DNA from: a virus
Lineage: Duplodnaviria > Caudoviricetes
Virus record (IMG/VR): IMGVR_UViG_3300038379_000594
Span: 1-37,036 of that record
Reading direction: 5' to 3' (one strand)
Length of the DNA: 37,036 nt
The notes under the pieces were generated by a model. The model was not told the DNA's origin and ran no database searches. It saw only the letters and a program-made list of their open reading frames with translations. A program made the translations under genes and the position numbers. Shown in pieces: positions 33,081-37,036 of this stretch (positions are counted from its first letter, which is position 1; the number at the start of each line of letters is the position of its first letter).

Positions 33081-34646
33081 ATGTTCCGAATTTTACTTTT
33101 CATCTTTTGTGCGTTTTTGGTTTATTCAGGCAACGTAGCAGACATTAAAATAGATCGAGGTAATTTAGTAGGTAGAAGTGTAGATGGCACCGAAACAATA
33201 CCTGGCGCAGAGTATTACAGGGCTATCGGCAATATAAATTCGGGACAGATTGTTAGATACGGATACAACGAATCTAACAATTATATATCCACTTTAGATA
33301 TGCTAGTTGGTCCTGCTTACAAGTCCGTGCGAACGCAGATATCGACTAACTCAATAAATAACGTCAAAATATTAGTAACTCCAACAAAACCGGCACGAGT
33401 GATAGTTTTCTACCACGACGCAAGTTCTAACGATCGAAAAGCCAAAGTCGGGAGAGTAGCACCTGACGGGACTATAACTTTAGGTCCTGCCACGACTATA
33501 ATGGCTCACTCCAACGGCCCTGCGGAGGTATGTTGGAACTATGCGGCTTCTAGAATCGTATTTGCAGGTCAACCGACTAGTGGTACTTCTCTGGGGTTTA
33601 AAGCCGCGAGTATTGATTTAAACACAGATGTTTTAACCCTCGGAATTGAGACTTCGGCCTTCCCTTCTGCTAATGCCGACGCAAATTTAGACTGTGAATA
33701 TATAGGAAACGATAGTCGTCTCGTGTTTGCTATGGGCAATACTACTTCAAACGCATGCTCTGCAGTCACTGTTAGTGTGTCAGGTTTGTCAGTCTCTGTA
33801 AACGGTCCGCAAACAATTATTTCCTCGAATAATTTTTGCAGGATGGGGGTGATACCTAACTCCGGGACTCCTGGGACAATGTATTTTGTGAATTCTGCCG
33901 GGGCACATAATCAATGTACTTCTTCTTCTGGAACTATAACTTGCCAGGGTCTAATAACTACAAGCGCCTCTGACTTTGGGGAACCTTACGTATTCGCCAA
34001 CAATTCTCATGGAGGAATAACAATTTGGAGGATTACATCCACTGGTAATACGGCTCAAATCTTTGGAAATTTTGTTGACCGACTCACGGCCTCACCCTTC
34101 ACAACTTCATTCCGACAAACTTTCGCTAGTGCGGGGTTGAATGGGTTAAATGGCGGTTTCAATTTTTCAATATTTTCAAAAGATAAAGCGCTTGTCTTCT
34201 ACAACGGTAAAGACGCCAAATATTACAGTACGTATCTCAGTCCACAGCAAGGCGCCGTGCAGGTTTCAGAGGATGTTTTTCCGGCGGTTTCGACTGGTGT
34301 CGACTCGTATTACTCCGAAGAGACTGGAATCCTAATAGCGGCTAGCTCTGGTCTTGCAGCTAACAACACTGTGTCAGTAATAAATCCCGGGAACATCTTC
34401 GGGATAGCTGCAAAATCTGTGAATTCAGGAGAATTGGTGCCAGTTATCAGATTCGGAGGCATCTATTCTGGTATTTCTAGGGGAACTCAGGGGGGTGTGA
34501 ATTTTACCCCAGGATCTCGCTACTACTACAACACCCAGACAGGCAATTTGAGCACTACAATTAGCCATTTTTTTATCGGGATAGGAATTACTCCCACGAA
34601 AATAAAAACTGATTCGTTTTCGGAATGGATTAATTATGTGAGGTAA
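33081..34646 (+). CDS. putative spike/receptor-binding protein (propeller-like insert) with signal peptide
   Basis: MFRILLFIFCAFLVYSG start; GTITLG-type blade repeats; C-terminal IFGIAAKSVNSGELV...FTPGSRYY...IGIGI. Confidence 0.65.
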   Translation: MFRILLFIFCAFLVYSGNVADIKIDRGNLVGRSVDGTETIPGAEYYRAIGNINSGQIVRYGYNESNNYISTLDMLVGPAYKSVRTQISTNSINNVKILVTPTKPARVIVFYHDASSNDRKAKVGRVAPDGTITLGPATTIMAHSNGPAEVCWNYAASRIVFAGQPTSGTSLGFKAASIDLNTDVLTLGIETSAFPSANADANLDCEYIGNDSRLVFAMGNTTSNACSAVTVSVSGLSVSVNGPQTIISSNNFCRMGVIPNSGTPGTMYFVNSAGAHNQCTSSSGTITCQGLITTSASDFGEPYVFANNSHGGITIWRITSTGNTAQIFGNFVDRLTASPFTTSFRQTFASAGLNGLNGGFNFSIFSKDKALVFYNGKDAKYYSTYLSPQQGAVQVSEDVFPAVSTGVDSYYSEETGILIAASSGLAANNTVSVINPGNIFGIAAKSVNSGELVPVIRFGGIYSGISRGTQGGVNFTPGSRYYYNTQTGNLSTTISHFFIGIGITPTKIKTDSFSEWINYVR

Positions 34647-34650
34647 TTCC

Positions 34651-34956
34651 ATGGAAATTTTGGAAGGCGCACAAGCTTTAGGAACTGGAGGTATCGGTGT
34701 AATACTTAGTATTTTTATCTGGTTTCTGAAACGTTTAATCAATCAATTAGATTCACGGGATAGAAATTTAGAAGAACGTATCCAAGCTTTAATTTCCGAA
34801 GTGCAGGATATAAAAGAAATCTTAGCTGCCAGTTCTGAGATGCGAGACGACTTAAAAGATATCAGAGAGAATCAGACTGAAATCCGAGAACGATTGTCAG
34901 TTCTAGAGTTTTCGGGGACTAAAAATAAAACTAAACCCAAAACTCTAACTGTGTAA
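34651..34956 (+). CDS. single-TM coiled-coil protein, holin/antiholin-like
   Basis: GIGVILSIFIWFL TM segment then coiled coil; upstream of the endolysin. Confidence 0.55.
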   Translation: MEILEGAQALGTGGIGVILSIFIWFLKRLINQLDSRDRNLEERIQALISEVQDIKEILAASSEMRDDLKDIRENQTEIRERLSVLEFSGTKNKTKPKTLTV

Positions 34957-34995
34957 AAATAAAGGAAGGATTTGAAAAGACAGATTAGTGACAAT

Positions 34996-35016
34996 ATTGC
35001 CCAAACGGGCAATTTT
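34996..35016 (+). terminator. hairpin, possibly a weak terminator in the lysis cassette
   Basis: ATTGCCC-AAAC-GGGCAAT then TTT. Confidence 0.4.
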
Positions 35017-35047
35017 GGGAGTTTACCGGAATATTTGGAGGCGATTT

Positions 35048-35320
35048 ATGCGCGACAACATTCAGGATTTACTAGAAGTTTTTGACGTTGTAGAAGCTAG
35101 CCTTGAGAAATTCGCAATTATTTTTGAAGATGGCAAACTTACAATCACAGAATTAGTTCATCTAGTACCTTTATTCTCTAAAATCCAAATAGCTTTAGCG
35201 GGATTTGGGACAATTACTGCGGAATTGTCAGATCTTGATAAGGTAGAGATTGAAGAAATAGCTAAAAGGGCGATAGGCATCATAACAAAAATAAAAGATT
35301 TATTTTTTAAAAAAAAGTGA
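35048..35320 (+). CDS. small amphipathic lysis-cassette protein
   Basis: GGAGG RBS before MRDNIQ; DGKLTITEL...ELSDLD; overlaps the endolysin start. Confidence 0.6.
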   Translation: MRDNIQDLLEVFDVVEASLEKFAIIFEDGKLTITELVHLVPLFSKIQIALAGFGTITAELSDLDKVEIEEIAKRAIGIITKIKDLFFKKK

Positions 35321-36237
35321 ATACCCTTAAACTACCTTCTTTGACTGGGGAAGGTGACGGAGGGGGAAGCTCAGACCTTTTAAAACGCGCTCGGCTAAGG
35401 CTATCTGGGTTCTTCCCCCCAAATATCCACGCTCAAATTCTTGCACAGTGGCTGCACGAAAGTGCAAGAGGCACTTCAATCTTAGCCACCCAACACTTCA
35501 ATCTCGCTGGTTTGAAATACAGAGAAGAATTAAAACAAGTATCAGCTACACCTATCAGGTATAAATCACATTTCTACGCTAAATTTCCAGACATAAATTC
35601 TTTTGCTCGCGGGTACGAGGTCTTCATAAGTCGAAGCGTGTATAATGGATGGAGGGAGCATACGGGAGGTACGATAAATTTCATAAAATTTTTGGTCTCG
35701 AAAGGGTACGCAGAAGATCCGGATTATGTAGCGAAAGTTTTAAAACATCTACCAGAAGCTAGGAGGATTTTAAAAATGGAAGTTACTTCTAAATGGATAC
35801 CTGCGCACTCAACGAATTACGCAACATCTAGGGGCGGAAAAACTCCTACTATAATTGTGCTGCATTATACTGCCGAATCAAACTACAAATCTGCTGTAAG
35901 TTGGTTCCAAAACCCTAAATCTAAAGTCTCTGCGCATTATGTGGTTGGTAGAGAGGGTGAATTGGTACAAATGGTGCGTGAAGAGCATAAAGCTTTCCAC
36001 GCTCGACACACCAACAGCTATTCTATCGGTATCGAATGTGCAGCAGCGGCAGGGGAAAAACTTACACCACCGCAAGAAAAAGTTTTAATCGGTCTGTTAA
36101 AAGACGTAATGGCTCGCTGGAATATTCCGAAATCAAAAATAACCGGACACAGATTTGTAGGGATAGACACGAGTTGTCCCGGTTCGCTTTTCAAAACTGA
36201 AGAGGATTTGCGCACGTGGGTTAATCAGAATCTCTAA
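35317..36237 (+). CDS. endolysin: GH73 glucosaminidase-like + Amidase_2
   Basis: AQWLHES...NLAGLK...GYAEDPDY, then IVLHYT...SAHYVV...AFHA...SIGIE...GH...CPG. Confidence 0.9.
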   Translation: MNTLKLPSLTGEGDGGGSSDLLKRARLRLSGFFPPNIHAQILAQWLHESARGTSILATQHFNLAGLKYREELKQVSATPIRYKSHFYAKFPDINSFARGYEVFISRSVYNGWREHTGGTINFIKFLVSKGYAEDPDYVAKVLKHLPEARRILKMEVTSKWIPAHSTNYATSRGGKTPTIIVLHYTAESNYKSAVSWFQNPKSKVSAHYVVGREGELVQMVREEHKAFHARHTNSYSIGIECAAAAGEKLTPPQEKVLIGLLKDVMARWNIPKSKITGHRFVGIDTSCPGSLFKTEEDLRTWVNQNL

Positions 36238-36391
36238 GAAAAAATTTAGTTTTTTTGGTCGCATTCTCTAACAGAACCCTATTTCTTGTCAATCTAAATA
36301 AACTAATGCAACCAATTAATCCTAAAGAAAAATTTAGTTTTTTTTGGTCGCATTCTCTAACAGAACCCTATTTCTTGTCAATCTAAATAAA
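36236..36391 (+). repeat. ~65 bp near-perfect direct repeat, two copies
   Basis: aaaaatttag-T7/T8-ggtcgcattctctaacagaaccctatttcttgtcaatctaaataaa at ~36240-36302 and ~36328-36391. Confidence 0.95.
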
Positions 36392-36629
36392 TTCGGAGTA
36401 GGTAGCACGTTTGAACCGTCTTGTCTCAAAAGCCTACGTATCTTCTTATCAGAAAAAATTGTCAATAATTCACAGATGGTTACAAATGTTCACATAACAT
36501 TTGCTCCACCTCCAACCGACAAGGGTAGGGAATAGGGGAAATACTGCAGCAAAATAAATCCATTGATTTGCGAGATAGATTCTCTCAAGATGCACGGATT
36601 GATTGAATAGTTCTGCCGACAGGTTAAAT

Positions 36630-36657
36630 AAAAAAGTTACCTCTAAAAAAGGTAACT
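36630..36657 (-). terminator. terminator for the leftward gene
   Basis: AGTTACCT/AGGTAACT stem with an A run on its left (U tract on the minus strand). Confidence 0.65.
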
Positions 36658-36684
36658 GAGAAAGGAATTAATGCTCAAGAAGGA

Positions 36685-37032
36685 TTAATCTACAGGTATC
36701 TTATCCTGTATATCTTGTAAAAGGCTAGGTTTTTTTGCTAATTCGTCTCGCAGCATCGCAGGTAAAATCTGTCGGAGTATTTGTCTGATAGCTTCTTGAG
36801 TCGAACACTCAGGGGGCTTTATAATGTCGAGATAGTCAAGAATCGATTGCTCAATCCACAGCAAAATCTTTTTATTAGTCGGTCTCTGTTGTAATAAACT
36901 AATCTCTACGTTTTGCAAGGGTTTCTCGAAAACGACAGGACCTTTACTGTTCTTCACTTCTATCTCTGCGATTAGATCGCAAGTAGTTTCTTCAGCTTTG
37001 TAATTGTAATTTCCTTCCTGTGTGTACGTCAC
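36685..37032 (-). CDS. hypothetical protein, start uncertain at the window edge
   Basis: 115 aa ORF converging on the late operon; no motif recognised. Confidence 0.55.
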   Translation of the reverse strand: MTYTQEGNYNYKAEETTCDLIAEIEVKNSKGPVVFEKPLQNVEISLLQQRPTNKKILLWIEQSILDYLDIIKPPECSTQEAIRQILRQILPAMLRDELAKKPSLLQDIQDKIPVD

Positions 37033-37036
37033 ATTA

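Noticed and set aside
36236-36391. Direct repeat as a mini-CRISPR or att site
   Set aside because: Only two long copies with a ~25 bp gap; no integrase or tRNA nearby
36344-36535. 63 aa ORF after the endolysin
   Set aside because: TTG start inside the repeat with no RBS
1-37036. Stop-codon reassignment or a confident host assignment
   Set aside because: Genes end normally in TAA, TAG and TGA and are not fragmented; the host cannot be determined from this window

Overview
About 37 kb of a tailed dsDNA phage or prophage, siphovirus-like, read in the standard genetic code. Positions 1-4320 hold small exported or regulatory genes and a leftward operon (ParB-like, cupin, RHH). From 4435 to 36237 runs a rightward late operon. 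It starts with TerS, TerL, a very long HK97-type portal fused to a Mu-F-like head protein, prohead protease and major capsid protein. Next come a ~4.8 kb block of accessory virion-like genes (including a permuted NlpC/P60 protein), head-tail connectors, tail tube, a tail chaperone with a -1 frameshift and the tape measure. It ends with tail-tip proteins, LamG and propeller fibre-like proteins, and lysis genes with a GH73 + Amidase_2 endolysin. No integrase, replication gene, tRNA or CRISPR array was recognised. Four things stand out. (1) Three virion-type proteins carry Sec-like signal peptides and even numbers of Cys, suggesting periplasmic folding of virion appendages. (2) The portal gene has ~1.4 kb of in-frame extra sequence with clustered IHF consensus sites, repeats and hairpins, like a cis-acting site hidden in coding DNA. 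(3) A c-type cytochrome-like fragment sits next to two Cys-rich lipoproteins. (4) The endolysin has an internal translation start. All functional calls come from motifs and synteny read by eye; no searches were run.
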